A DNA stretch of 64,000 nucleotides, taken from positions 3,781 to 67,780 of the forward strand of contig CAZHNE010000001.1 in the NCBI GenBank assembly GCA_964533775.1, read 5' to 3'. Source of the DNA: an uncultured Spirochaetaceae bacterium. GTDB taxonomy: Bacteria; Spirochaetota; Spirochaetia; Sphaerochaetales; Sphaerochaetaceae. The translations under genes were made by a program, and so were the position numbers. This document shows, piece by piece, positions 34,635 to 43,505 of the stretch (its first letter is position 1; the number at the start of each line of letters is the position of its first letter). The notes beneath the pieces are model-generated. The model did not search any database. It was not told where the DNA came from and saw only the letters and a program-made list of their open reading frames with translations.

Positions 34635-34703
34635 ACCCTCTAATCTTGATAAAATCCCAAACTATCTATATAGTTAGCTCAAATATTGATAGGAAAAAAA
34701 ATT

Positions 34704-36002
34704 ATGATTGTTTGTAAATTTGGTGGTAGCTCTGTAGCAAGTGCAAAACAAATAGAGAAAGTAAAGAAAATTATTGAGTCTAATGAAAAAAGAAAAGTAA
34801 TAATTGTTTCTGCCCCTGGTAAAAGAGATAGTTCAGATATTAAAGTTACTGACCTTTTATATGCATGCTGTAAAGATGTAAAAGAAAAAGGTTCATGTGA
34901 TGAGACTTTTTTAAAGATAGAACAAAGGTTTGTTGAAATTTTAAAGGACCTTAATCTTGATGACTCCGATTTTAAACTAGTTTTAGAAGAAGTCAAAAAC
35001 CAAATAAATTCGAATGCTGGTGAACATTATGCAGCATCAAGAGGTGAGTATCTTAACGCAAGATTAATTGCTTTATATCTTGGATATGAATTTGTAGACT
35101 CTGCTAATTTGATTGTAATTGATGAGAACGGTGAGATTAATGAAGAAACTTGGAAGCTAATAGAAAACTCGTTAGATAAGTCTAAAAAGTATATTATACC
35201 AGGCTTTTATGGAAGAAATATAAACAATGATATTACTACTTTTTCAAGAGGTGGTTCAGATATTAGTGGATCTATCTTATCTAGAGCTATGCGAGCTGAA
35301 GTTTATGAAAACTGGACTGATGTTGCTGGGTGCTATAATGCTGATCCTAGGTTTATTAAAAAAGCTTACCCTATAGATGTTATGACTTACAGAGAAGTAA
35401 GAGAGTTGTCTGCAATGGGTGCAGGAGTTTTCCATGTTGATGCAATTGCCCCTGTTATGGATGCTGGGATTCCTATAAATATAAAAAATACTAATGATGT
35501 TGAAGCACTTGGAACTATGATTGTAGCAAGCAAAGATATTAATGGGCCAATTGGAGTTTCACATAGAGGCAACTTTGTGAAACTATTTGGAAGAAAATTG
35601 ATGCTATCTAAAGATTCTCCAGTTGCAAATAAGATAAATGAAATTTTGAAAGGGTATGGAATTCTTCCTTCATTTTCAACTCAAGATGGAGACAGTCTTT
35701 CTTTACTATTTGAAGAGAGTAACATGACAAAAGATGATTTAGTTAAACTTCAAAACAAATTTATTAATGAACTTAAGTTTGAAGAAATACTACTAAAAGA
35801 TTCTTTATCAATAGTTGGTGCTGTTGGACAAAACATAAACGAAGATACTCTTTATTTTAAAAAGAGTTTTGATTCTCTTTTAGAAAACAATATTAAAGTT
35901 TATCAAAGTATTATTGGAGCTAATTCACTCTCATATTTCTTTGTTGTTGATAACAGTAATGCAAGTAAAGCTGTGGAAGTTGTATTCGATTCTCTTTTTT
36001 AA
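34704..36002 (+). CDS. lysC: Aspartate kinase (monofunctional, ACT-domain C-terminus)
   Basis: MIVCKFGGSSVAS N-terminus and SRGGSDISGS, NWTDVAG motifs. The ATG at 34704 is preferred over the TTG at 34686. Confidence 0.9.
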   Translation: MIVCKFGGSSVASAKQIEKVKKIIESNEKRKVIIVSAPGKRDSSDIKVTDLLYACCKDVKEKGSCDETFLKIEQRFVEILKDLNLDDSDFKLVLEEVKNQINSNAGEHYAASRGEYLNARLIALYLGYEFVDSANLIVIDENGEINEETWKLIENSLDKSKKYIIPGFYGRNINNDITTFSRGGSDISGSILSRAMRAEVYENWTDVAGCYNADPRFIKKAYPIDVMTYREVRELSAMGAGVFHVDAIAPVMDAGIPINIKNTNDVEALGTMIVASKDINGPIGVSHRGNFVKLFGRKLMLSKDSPVANKINEILKGYGILPSFSTQDGDSLSLLFEESNMTKDDLVKLQNKFINELKFEEILLKDSLSIVGAVGQNINEDTLYFKKSFDSLLENNIKVYQSIIGANSLSYFFVVDNSNASKAVEVVFDSLF

Positions 36003-36024
36003 TAAAAATAATTTAAATATAAAA

Positions 36025-36057
36025 AAGGCTGTTCAGATATTGAACAGCCTTTGTTTT
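36025..36057. terminator. Bidirectional intrinsic terminator between convergent genes
   Basis: AAGGCTGTTCA-GATAT-TGAACAGCCTT, flanked by an A-run upstream and TGTTTT downstream. Confidence 0.75.
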
Positions 36058-36071
36058 CAACAGGTTATTAA

Positions 36072-37166
36072 TTAGTTAATTGCTAATTCAGTTTCCATGT
36101 CAAAGAATTTTGCTTTTTCCATTAATACTACCAAAGCAACCTTATCATCAGGGTGTACTTCGAATTCAGGAGCAATTTTACCAACTACTTGAGCTTTAGA
36201 AGTTGAAACATAAACGTGAGTTTCACTACCTAAAGGTTCAACAACTGTAACAGTACCAAGTAGAGTTTCACCATCAATTGGTTTTTCACTATATTGTACG
36301 TCTTCTGGGCGAATACCAGTTGTAACATTTTTTCCAACATAAGGTTTTAACAATTTTGCTTGATCTGGAAGAACTCTTAATTTAAATGTTCCTTCATTAA
36401 CAAAAATTTCATCGCCTTTTGCTTCAACTTTTGTTTCTAAGAAGTTCATTGGTGGTGAACCAATAAAACCAGCTACAAACTTGTTAACAGGTTGGTTATA
36501 TAATTCTAAAGGTTTACCAATTTGTTGAATTATACCAAATTTCATTACAACAATCTTATCAGCCATTGTTAATGCTTCAACTTGGTCGTGAGTAACGTAA
36601 ATCATAGTAGCTTCCAATCTGTGGTGTAAGCTAGAAATTTCAGCTCTCATCTGAACACGTAGTTTAGCATCAAGGTTTGATAAAGGTTCGTCGAAAAGGA
36701 ATACTTTAGGTTGACGAACAATAGCACGACCAACAGCAACACGTTGTCTTTGACCACCTGATAATGCTTTTGGTTTTCTGTCTAATAGTTCTTCAATGTC
36801 TAGAATTTTAGCAGCTTCACGAACTCTTTGCTCAATTTCTGCTTTGTCAAATTTACGAATTTTTAGACCAAATGCCATGTTATCGTAAACTGTCATGTGA
36901 GGATACAATGCATAGTTTTGGAATACCATTGCGATATCTCTATCTTTTGGTGGTACGTCATTAACTAGCTTGTCATCGATGTATAGCTCACCAGAAGTAA
37001 TATCTTCCAATCCAGCTACCATTCTTAAAGTGGTTGATTTACCACATCCGGAAGGTCCTACAAGAACCACAAACTCTCTGTCTTCGATATCAATGTTAAC
37101 GTTATCAACAGCCTTAACATTTCCATCGTAAACTTTACAGAGGTTTTTTAGATTTACAGTTGCCAT
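36072..37166 (-). CDS. Stand-alone sugar-type ABC ATPase (MalK/MsmX/UgpC-like)
   Basis: GPSGCGKST, LSGGQRQR and LFDEPLSNLD motifs plus a C-terminal TOBE-like regulatory domain. No permease gene adjacent. Confidence 0.9.
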   Translation of the reverse strand: MATVNLKNLCKVYDGNVKAVDNVNIDIEDREFVVLVGPSGCGKSTTLRMVAGLEDITSGELYIDDKLVNDVPPKDRDIAMVFQNYALYPHMTVYDNMAFGLKIRKFDKAEIEQRVREAAKILDIEELLDRKPKALSGGQRQRVAVGRAIVRQPKVFLFDEPLSNLDAKLRVQMRAEISSLHHRLEATMIYVTHDQVEALTMADKIVVMKFGIIQQIGKPLELYNQPVNKFVAGFIGSPPMNFLETKVEAKGDEIFVNEGTFKLRVLPDQAKLLKPYVGKNVTTGIRPEDVQYSEKPIDGETLLGTVTVVEPLGSETHVYVSTSKAQVVGKIAPEFEVHPDDKVALVVLMEKAKFFDMETELAIN

Positions 37167-37198
37167 ATTTAGCTCCTATATTTATTTTATTTACAGTT

Positions 37199-37227
37199 AG
37201 AATAACCTTAATAGTCCTTGTTGTCAA
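37199..37227 (-). promoter_or_regulatory. Promoter of the orphan ATPase gene
   Basis: Minus-strand read: TTGACA, 17 nt, TATTCT. AGGAG RBS downstream. Confidence 0.5.
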
Positions 37228-37290
37228 ACAAAAAACAAGGTTTTACTAAACCCCAGGGACAAAATATTTAAAAAAAAGTGAATGTTTCAT

Positions 37291-37329
37291 TAAAACAACT
37301 AATCTCTCCTAGTAGTTAGAAGAGATTAG
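37291..37329 (-). terminator. Terminator after the TAXI-TRAP operon
   Basis: Minus-strand read: CTAATCTCT, 13-nt loop, AGAGATTAG, then a GTTGTTTTA tail. Confidence 0.55.
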
Positions 37330-37384
37330 AAAGTTAGAAACGTTTAGTTTTTATAAAAGAAATAGTTTATAAAAAAACAAGTGA

Positions 37385-38371
37385 TTATAAAAGACCAATT
37401 TCCCTATAATAACGTGCAGCACCTTCGTGAATTGGAAGACCAGCTAAATCTTTAACAGCTTCAGAAGGATCTACCTTTTTTAAAGGAGCTTGGGTTGTTT
37501 TTAAATCTTCAAAGTTTTCCCAGAATGATTTAGTTAATTCATAAATAACATCATCATCAACTCTTGCATCTGTACAAATAGTTATTTTAATAGCTGAAGT
37601 AAGGACATCATCATCTTGTCCAGGATATGTTCCTGCAGGAATAGTATATGGACCATACCAAGGATACTCACTTTGAAGTTGATTTATAAGATCTTCTTCA
37701 AGACTTAGTAGTTTTCCTCCAGCTGTTGATAACATTTCTGTTACTGCAGCATTAGGAATACCAGCCATAATCCAAGCACCATCAAGTTGCTTGTTACGCA
37801 TAAGATCAATTGCTTCCGTAAAGCCTACATATTGCACTCTTAAATCATCTGGATAGTTTATTCCGCTAGTATTTAAGTGAATACTTGTTTCAACCTCTGT
37901 TGTTGATCCTGGAGCTCCTGAAGCAAAGCGTTTGCTTTTTAAGTCATCTAAAGAATCAATATCACTGTTGTTTGTTACAACAACTTGGTTAGGGTTTGAG
38001 TATAGGCCAATCATAACTCTTAAGTTTGGGTTAGGCCTTCCTTCGAAAGATCCAATACCATTAAATGATTCGTACATTATAGAGGTAACAGCTACTCCTA
38101 GTTGAGCCTCTCCATCAGCTAACATGTTTAGATTAGCTATTCCACCAGCACTTGCTTGAGCACTTGCACGAACAGTATCAAGTTCTGTATTCCACATGTT
38201 ACACATGGCAGCACCTAGAGGGTATACAGCTCCTGTGGTTGCAGCTGTTGGGAAGTTGATAGTTGTTTTCTTAACTTTAGCAGGCGATTCCTTAGATCCT
38301 GATGCAAATATAGCAGAAGGAATAAGAATAGATACGATTAAAAGTATCATAATTAATTTAGATTTTTTCAC
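37385..38371 (-). CDS. TAXI-family TRAP transporter solute receptor
   Basis: Signal peptide ...IFASGSKE, then the TAXI-type core (TINFPTAATTGAVYPLGAAM). GTG start at 38371 with AAGGAGA 6 nt upstream. Confidence 0.85.
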   Translation of the reverse strand: MKKSKLIMILLIVSILIPSAIFASGSKESPAKVKKTTINFPTAATTGAVYPLGAAMCNMWNTELDTVRASAQASAGGIANLNMLADGEAQLGVAVTSIMYESFNGIGSFEGRPNPNLRVMIGLYSNPNQVVVTNNSDIDSLDDLKSKRFASGAPGSTTEVETSIHLNTSGINYPDDLRVQYVGFTEAIDLMRNKQLDGAWIMAGIPNAAVTEMLSTAGGKLLSLEEDLINQLQSEYPWYGPYTIPAGTYPGQDDDVLTSAIKITICTDARVDDDVIYELTKSFWENFEDLKTTQAPLKKVDPSEAVKDLAGLPIHEGAARYYREIGLL

Positions 38372-40340
38372 AGTGATTCTCCTTAATGACAAGTGATTTT
38401 TTTTGTATATATTGAATAAAAATTATAGAAACAAATAACATTAATGCAAAGGCATCGGTGACTAATTGTGTTTCTATAAACAGTAAACCTGCAATTAAAA
38501 TTAAAACTCTTTGCATTTTATTGAGTTTTAATAAAAGATAACCTTGTAACCCTGAGGATAATATAATTGCTCCAATTGCTGCAGTTAAAACAGCTCTAAG
38601 AGTTACTGTTACAGGGATGTTTGAAACAGTACCTAGTAGAAGAATTGGGTTGTTTAAGAAAAAAAAAGGTAAAATAAACCCTGTTAATCCCAATTTAACT
38701 GCAATTAAGCTTGTTTTTGTTTGATCTGAATCAGCTATTCCACTAGCAACGTAACTACTCATTGCTACAGGAGGAGTAATGTTAGAGAGACAAGCATATA
38801 TAAGGCAGAACATATGAGCTGCCATAGGAATTGCTCCAGCTTGTATTAACACAGGTACTGAAACTGTAGAAACAATTACATAAGCTGCAACACCTGGAAC
38901 TCCCATTCCTAATATAATGCTCATTATCATAACCATCACACCAGCGAGATATAACTGACCTTCCCCTACAACTCTTAAGATAATATATCCAAAGTTTAAA
39001 CCTAATCCTGTAAGAGAAACAGTTCCTATTATAATACCAATAATTGCACAACTCATTCCTACAGCAATAGCTGAGCGGGATCCTTCTACAGTTGCTTTTA
39101 CAATAATCTTTAAAGTCATTCTTGTTTCTTTGCGAAACCAAGATGCTAATACAGTAGCAAATATTGAAACTACTGCAGCAAAAAGTGGTGTATAACCAAA
39201 ACTGAGAAGACCAATAAGTACTACAAGAGGAAGAACTAAGTGTCCTTGTTTTTTAATAACATCAAGAGCTATTGGAATGTTTTCTTTACTAAGGCCAGAA
39301 AGACCTAGTTTTTTGGCTTCAAAATGCACTGCAAATAAAAGAGTTAAATAATATAAAAATGCTGGAACACACGCAGCTAAAAGAACTGTAGAATAACTTA
39401 CTCCCATAAACTCAGCCATAACAAAACCAACGGCCCCCATTATAGGAGGAGCAAATTGACCCCCAGTTGAGGCAACAGCTTCAACAGCAGCAGCAAATTC
39501 TTTTTTATAACCAGTTTTTTTCATCATTGGAATTGTAATAGTTCCAGTAGTCGCAACATTAGCAATAGCGGAACCATTTATCATACCAAGTAGTGCACTA
39601 GCAAGAACTGCAACTTTTGCAGGGCCACCTGCGCTTCTACCAACTAGAGTAAGGGCAATATCATTTATAAATTGACTAAACCCACTATATTTTAAATAAG
39701 CTCCAAAAAGAACAAATAGGAATATATAAGTTGCACTAACTCCGATTCCTATACCAAAAATTCCCTGGCTTCCCCAAATCATATGGTTAAGAACTCTTTT
39801 TAAGCTAAAACCAACGTGACCTAATTCACCTGGGATAAACTGTCCTAAAAAGTTATATAAGAAAAAGATTAAGCCAAGAATTGCTAGATTCTTACAAGCA
39901 CGTCTTCCACCTTCAAAAAGGAGTAACATAGCAACCCCTGCTATAACTAAGTCAAAAGGGAGAAGATATCCTCCACGCTTTGCAATAGTAGTATAATTAA
40001 TTAATAAATAGCCAAAGGTGAAAACACTAAGAACTAAGAGGCCAATATCCCATATTGGAGGGAAAGAGCGAATCCGTTTTTCATTTTTGAAAGTAGGAAA
40101 TAATAAAAAAGTAAAAGTTAATAGAAAAAATAGGTGCCAAGTGCGAAGTGCCATAGCATCTATAAAGCCTATAGTGTTTGCATAAATTTGAAAAACAGCC
40201 CAAATTAAAAATAATATGGTGATAGCCTTTCCTAAAAAACCCTCATACAAACGCAATTTGCTATCAGGTTCTTTTTCATCTAATAATTTCTTTGCCTTAA
40301 TTTCTTCTTCAGTCAAAAAAGCGTTAGTTTGTTGTTTCAT
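38358..40340 (-). CDS. TRAP transporter fused 4TM/12TM permease (TAXI-associated)
   Basis: Polytopic protein of about 660 aa upstream of the TAXI receptor. ATG at 40340 with GGGGA 8 nt upstream. Confidence 0.85.
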   Translation of the reverse strand: MKQQTNAFLTEEEIKAKKLLDEKEPDSKLRLYEGFLGKAITILFLIWAVFQIYANTIGFIDAMALRTWHLFFLLTFTFLLFPTFKNEKRIRSFPPIWDIGLLVLSVFTFGYLLINYTTIAKRGGYLLPFDLVIAGVAMLLLFEGGRRACKNLAILGLIFFLYNFLGQFIPGELGHVGFSLKRVLNHMIWGSQGIFGIGIGVSATYIFLFVLFGAYLKYSGFSQFINDIALTLVGRSAGGPAKVAVLASALLGMINGSAIANVATTGTITIPMMKKTGYKKEFAAAVEAVASTGGQFAPPIMGAVGFVMAEFMGVSYSTVLLAACVPAFLYYLTLLFAVHFEAKKLGLSGLSKENIPIALDVIKKQGHLVLPLVVLIGLLSFGYTPLFAAVVSIFATVLASWFRKETRMTLKIIVKATVEGSRSAIAVGMSCAIIGIIIGTVSLTGLGLNFGYIILRVVGEGQLYLAGVMVMIMSIILGMGVPGVAAYVIVSTVSVPVLIQAGAIPMAAHMFCLIYACLSNITPPVAMSSYVASGIADSDQTKTSLIAVKLGLTGFILPFFFLNNPILLLGTVSNIPVTVTLRAVLTAAIGAIILSSGLQGYLLLKLNKMQRVLILIAGLLFIETQLVTDAFALMLFVSIIFIQYIQKKSLVIKENHCEKI

Positions 40341-40366
40341 TAATATATTCCCCAAAAGTTTGTTTT

Positions 40367-40395
40367 AATTTATTGGATGTAACTTGTTTTGTCAA
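40367..40395 (-). promoter_or_regulatory. Promoter of the TAXI-TRAP operon
   Basis: Minus-strand read: TTGACA, 17 nt, TAAATT. Confidence 0.45.
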
Positions 40396-40467
40396 CGTAG
40401 GTTATCAATAGAAGACAACTGGGTAAAAAAACCTAAATAGACGATGATATTATGGATTATTCTATAT

Positions 40468-41070
40468 TTAGTATACTTTAGAAAATTCTTTTAAGATTTT
40501 AGCATTTGAATCAACGTCTTCATCTTTTACAATTTCTACAGGAACCCAAACTTTTTGAAGAATGCCTGAGTTTTCAGAAAAGATACAAACCTTGTTGTTT
40601 CTTTTGTCAACTTTTACAATTTTACCATTAAAAGTTGCTAAAGGACCTGAAATAACACTGACGCTAGTTCCAACTTTTAAAGTAATTTTAGAAGGTATAA
40701 TTTGCCCATCATTTGAGAAAATCCAAACAGCATACTCTAAATCGCCTCTAACTAGTTGATAACTAATGCTTTTTTGACTTTTTTCAACTAACTTATTGCT
40801 AACTACTAAACCATAACAATCTTTTATTGTTTTTAAATCACGAGAGTATAAGTTTAAATCTACATCAGTTTTAATAAATATATATCCAGGAGTTAAAGCT
40901 CTAGAAACATCAAAGTAAAACTTACCTTTTTTAGCTTTATACTCTTTTGTAGGAAATATAACTTTATAATAAATATCCTCTTCCTCAAAAAGTCTATTAA
41001 AAAGGAGTTGAATACCTTTTTTTACTTTTAATTCATTTGATACTTTAGTAGCAACACAATAATATTTCAT
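40468..41070 (-). CDS. NusG-family paralogue (NGN + KOW) with an inserted segment
   Basis: NGN-like KYYCVATKVSNELKVKKGI...LTPGYIFIKTD and KOW-like KVGTSVSVISGPLATFNGKIVKVDKRNNKVCI. 200 aa. No SD sequence. Confidence 0.65.
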   Translation of the reverse strand: MKYYCVATKVSNELKVKKGIQLLFNRLFEEEDIYYKVIFPTKEYKAKKGKFYFDVSRALTPGYIFIKTDVDLNLYSRDLKTIKDCYGLVVSNKLVEKSQKSISYQLVRGDLEYAVWIFSNDGQIIPSKITLKVGTSVSVISGPLATFNGKIVKVDKRNNKVCIFSENSGILQKVWVPVEIVKDEDVDSNAKILKEFSKVY

Positions 41071-41254
41071 ACATTGAAGCTACTTTAAAAATGAAAATTT
41101 TTCAAGGAATGGCTGATAGAAAGCTAATATAAATCTTTAAATATTAGATTGTGTAAAAATATAGGATATTAATACCTTAACGAAAGCTTAAATATGTATT
41201 AAAATATTTATTAACTGAGTGAAAGAAAACATAGTCTAAAAAGAGGGTAAATTT

Positions 41255-42262
41255 ATGAAAATACTATTAACCGGTGGAGCAGGATATATTGCTTCTCATA
41301 CATGCATTGAATTAGTGAAAGCTAATCACGAACCTATTATAGTTGATAATTTTTATAATAGTCAAAAAGAAGCTGTTTCTAGAGTAGAGAAAATAGTTAA
41401 TAAAAAAATCCCTTATTATGAAATAGATGTTTGTGATAAAGAAGCAATGCGGATTGTTTTTGAAGAAAACAAAATCGATGCAATTATTCATTTTGCTGGT
41501 TATAAAGCTGTAGGTGAATCAGTTGAGAAACCAATAATGTATTATAGAAACAATATTGATTCTACACTTACCATTTGTGAATTAATGAAAGAGTATAATG
41601 TTAACAGAATAGTATTTAGTTCTTCAGCAACAGTATATGGACTGGCTGAAACAGTTCCTTTAACAGAAGATATGCCAACCGGTTGTACTAATCCTTATGG
41701 TTGGACAAAGTACATGATTGAACAAATCTTAACTGATTTTGCAGCTGCTAATAAAGAAGTTTCTGTTGTACTTCTAAGATATTTTAATCCAGTAGGCGCT
41801 CACGAATCAGGAATGATTGGTGAAGATCCTGTTGGTATTCCTAATAACTTAATGCCTTACATTTCTCAAGTTGCAGTTGGAAAATTAAAAAAGTTGTCTG
41901 TATTTGGAGATGACTATCCAACCCCTGATGGAACTGGGGTAAGAGATTATATACACGTTGTTGATTTAGCAAGTGGACATGTGGCTGCTTGTGAATACGA
42001 TCATAAAGGAACAGAAATCTTTAACTTAGGTACAGGTGTTGGTTACAGTGTGTTAGATATTATAAAAGGATTTGAAGAAGCAAACGGAATAAAGATTCCT
42101 TATGAAATAGCACCAAGAAGAGCTGGTGATATAGCAGCTTGCTATGCAGATGCTTCTAAAGCAAAGAAAATACTTAATTGGGAAGCTAAACATAATTTGA
42201 TGGAAATGTGTCGAGACGCTTGGAATTGGCAAGTTAAAAACCCAAAAGGCTATAACAAATAA
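41255..42262 (+). CDS. galE: UDP-glucose 4-epimerase
   Basis: GGAGYIASH Rossmann motif, SSSATVYG, YGWTKY catalytic motif. 335 aa. Confidence 0.95.
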   Translation: MKILLTGGAGYIASHTCIELVKANHEPIIVDNFYNSQKEAVSRVEKIVNKKIPYYEIDVCDKEAMRIVFEENKIDAIIHFAGYKAVGESVEKPIMYYRNNIDSTLTICELMKEYNVNRIVFSSSATVYGLAETVPLTEDMPTGCTNPYGWTKYMIEQILTDFAAANKEVSVVLLRYFNPVGAHESGMIGEDPVGIPNNLMPYISQVAVGKLKKLSVFGDDYPTPDGTGVRDYIHVVDLASGHVAACEYDHKGTEIFNLGTGVGYSVLDIIKGFEEANGIKIPYEIAPRRAGDIAACYADASKAKKILNWEAKHNLMEMCRDAWNWQVKNPKGYNK

Positions 42263-42294
42263 CAATATAACAACTTTGTAAATCAAGTATAAAT

Positions 42295-42337
42295 AACTGT
42301 TGGATAAGCAATTAACTGCCACCAACAGTTTTTTTAT
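42295..42337 (+). terminator. Rho-independent terminator after galE
   Basis: AACTGTTGG, 18-nt loop, CCAACAGTT, then TTTTTTA. Confidence 0.7.
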
Positions 42338-42357
42338 TTTTAAAAACCTTTAAAAGG

Positions 42358-42407
42358 TAGACAACTTTTTTCAAAAGAAGAAAAACTAGACAACTTTTAT
42401 CCAAAAG
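42358..42407 (+). promoter_or_regulatory. Two direct repeats of about 20 bp upstream of tctC (candidate regulator sites)
   Basis: TAGACAACTTTTTTCAAAAG (42358-42377) and TAGACAACTTTTATCCAAAAG (42387-42407). Each contains a CTTTT..AAAAG inverted repeat. Confidence 0.35.
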
Positions 42408-42473
42408 GGCAAATTTATGTCTTGCGGGCTCAACTTTTCTGTTTTTAATATCAAATAAAGAGGAGAAAAGTAT

Positions 42474-43448
42474 ATGAAGAAACTATTACTAGTATTTTTG
42501 ATGAGTTTTGCAAGTTTTGCAATGATTTTTGCAAGTGGGGCAGCTGAAGATCAAGCATCTGATGTAGCTGCAAATTGGCCACAAGAGCCAATTACTGTTA
42601 TTTGCCCTTGGGCTGTTGGTGGGGTAGCTGACTTAGTAAATAGACAAGCTGCTGTTTTTGGTGAAGAGTTCTTAGGACAACCTGTATTAGCTACTAATGA
42701 ATTAGGAGCTGGTGGTAACGTTGCGCTAACAAACTTTTTAAGAAACAAACCTAACTCTTACAATTTAATTTTTGGTGGAGAAGGTGCATTCTCTATTGCT
42801 CCAAATGTAGATGGAAGTGATGCAATAAAATTTAAATACGATGATTATGCTCCTGTTATGAATATGTATAGTGCAATATTTGTAATGACAGCTGATTCTA
42901 AATTAAACATTACTAATCTAGATGAGTTAAAAGAATATGGTCAAAACAACGATTGTAAAGTTGCTGTTAACGGTATTGCTGGTTCTGAAGCTTTCTTAGC
43001 AAAAGCTTTATTTAAAGAATTAGGTATTGATGTAACTTTAGTTAGCTACAACGGTGCAAACTTAGCATTAGATGCTGCAGCTAAAGGTGAAACACCTTTT
43101 GCTCTATCACACCAATCACAAGCTAAAGGTGCTGTAGAAGGTGGTTTATTAACTCCTGTAACAGTATTTAGTGAAAAGCCTGTATCTAGTGATTTATATA
43201 AAGATGTTAAACCAGTTGGTGCATACGGAATGGATGCTTATTTCCCTAACGCTTGTTTCCTACTCGCAAGAAAAGGCACATCTGATGAAGTAATTCAAAA
43301 AGTTCGTGATGCTTATTTAACAATAATGCAAAAAGATGAAGTAAAAGATTTATTTGGCAAATTGATGATTGAATTTAGCGATTGGACTCCAGCACAAATG
43401 GATGCCCACGTTGAAAACGTAATTCAAATTGTAAAAGACAATCAATAA
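42474..43448 (+). CDS. tctC: Tripartite tricarboxylate transporter substrate-binding protein (Bug/TctC family)
   Basis: Signal peptide ...MIFASGAAED, then the Bug-family core (ITVICPWAVGGVADLVNR). Confidence 0.85.
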   Translation: MKKLLLVFLMSFASFAMIFASGAAEDQASDVAANWPQEPITVICPWAVGGVADLVNRQAAVFGEEFLGQPVLATNELGAGGNVALTNFLRNKPNSYNLIFGGEGAFSIAPNVDGSDAIKFKYDDYAPVMNMYSAIFVMTADSKLNITNLDELKEYGQNNDCKVAVNGIAGSEAFLAKALFKELGIDVTLVSYNGANLALDAAAKGETPFALSHQSQAKGAVEGGLLTPVTVFSEKPVSSDLYKDVKPVGAYGMDAYFPNACFLLARKGTSDEVIQKVRDAYLTIMQKDEVKDLFGKLMIEFSDWTPAQMDAHVENVIQIVKDNQ

Positions 43449-43462
43449 AACGTTTTTAGAAA

Positions 43463-43486
43463 AAGATGGCTGTAACAGGCCATCTT
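43463..43486 (+). terminator. Intercistronic hairpin after tctC
   Basis: AAGATGGC...GCCATCTT, an 8-9 bp stem between tctC and tctB. Confidence 0.35.
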
Positions 43487-43505
43487 TATATATTAAGGAC
43501 AAATT

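Noticed and set aside
34498-34635. A canonical lysine (L-box) riboswitch upstream of aspartokinase
   Set aside because: The conserved L-box strings I know (AGAGGNGC, GCCGAAG, CTGTCA, the five-helix junction layout) are absent, and the element is only about 135 nt long. It is reported only as an unclassified leader candidate.
38782-39141. Long ORFs overlapping real genes, in either orientation (also 26387-26746, 63189-63548, 62831-63145, 34679-34996, 15216-15527, 20447-20869, 3161-3548, 28666-29106 and similar)
   Set aside because: They lie entirely inside well-supported genes (on the opposite strand, or out of frame on the same strand), have low-complexity or odd composition, and lack an RBS. 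They are shadow ORFs.
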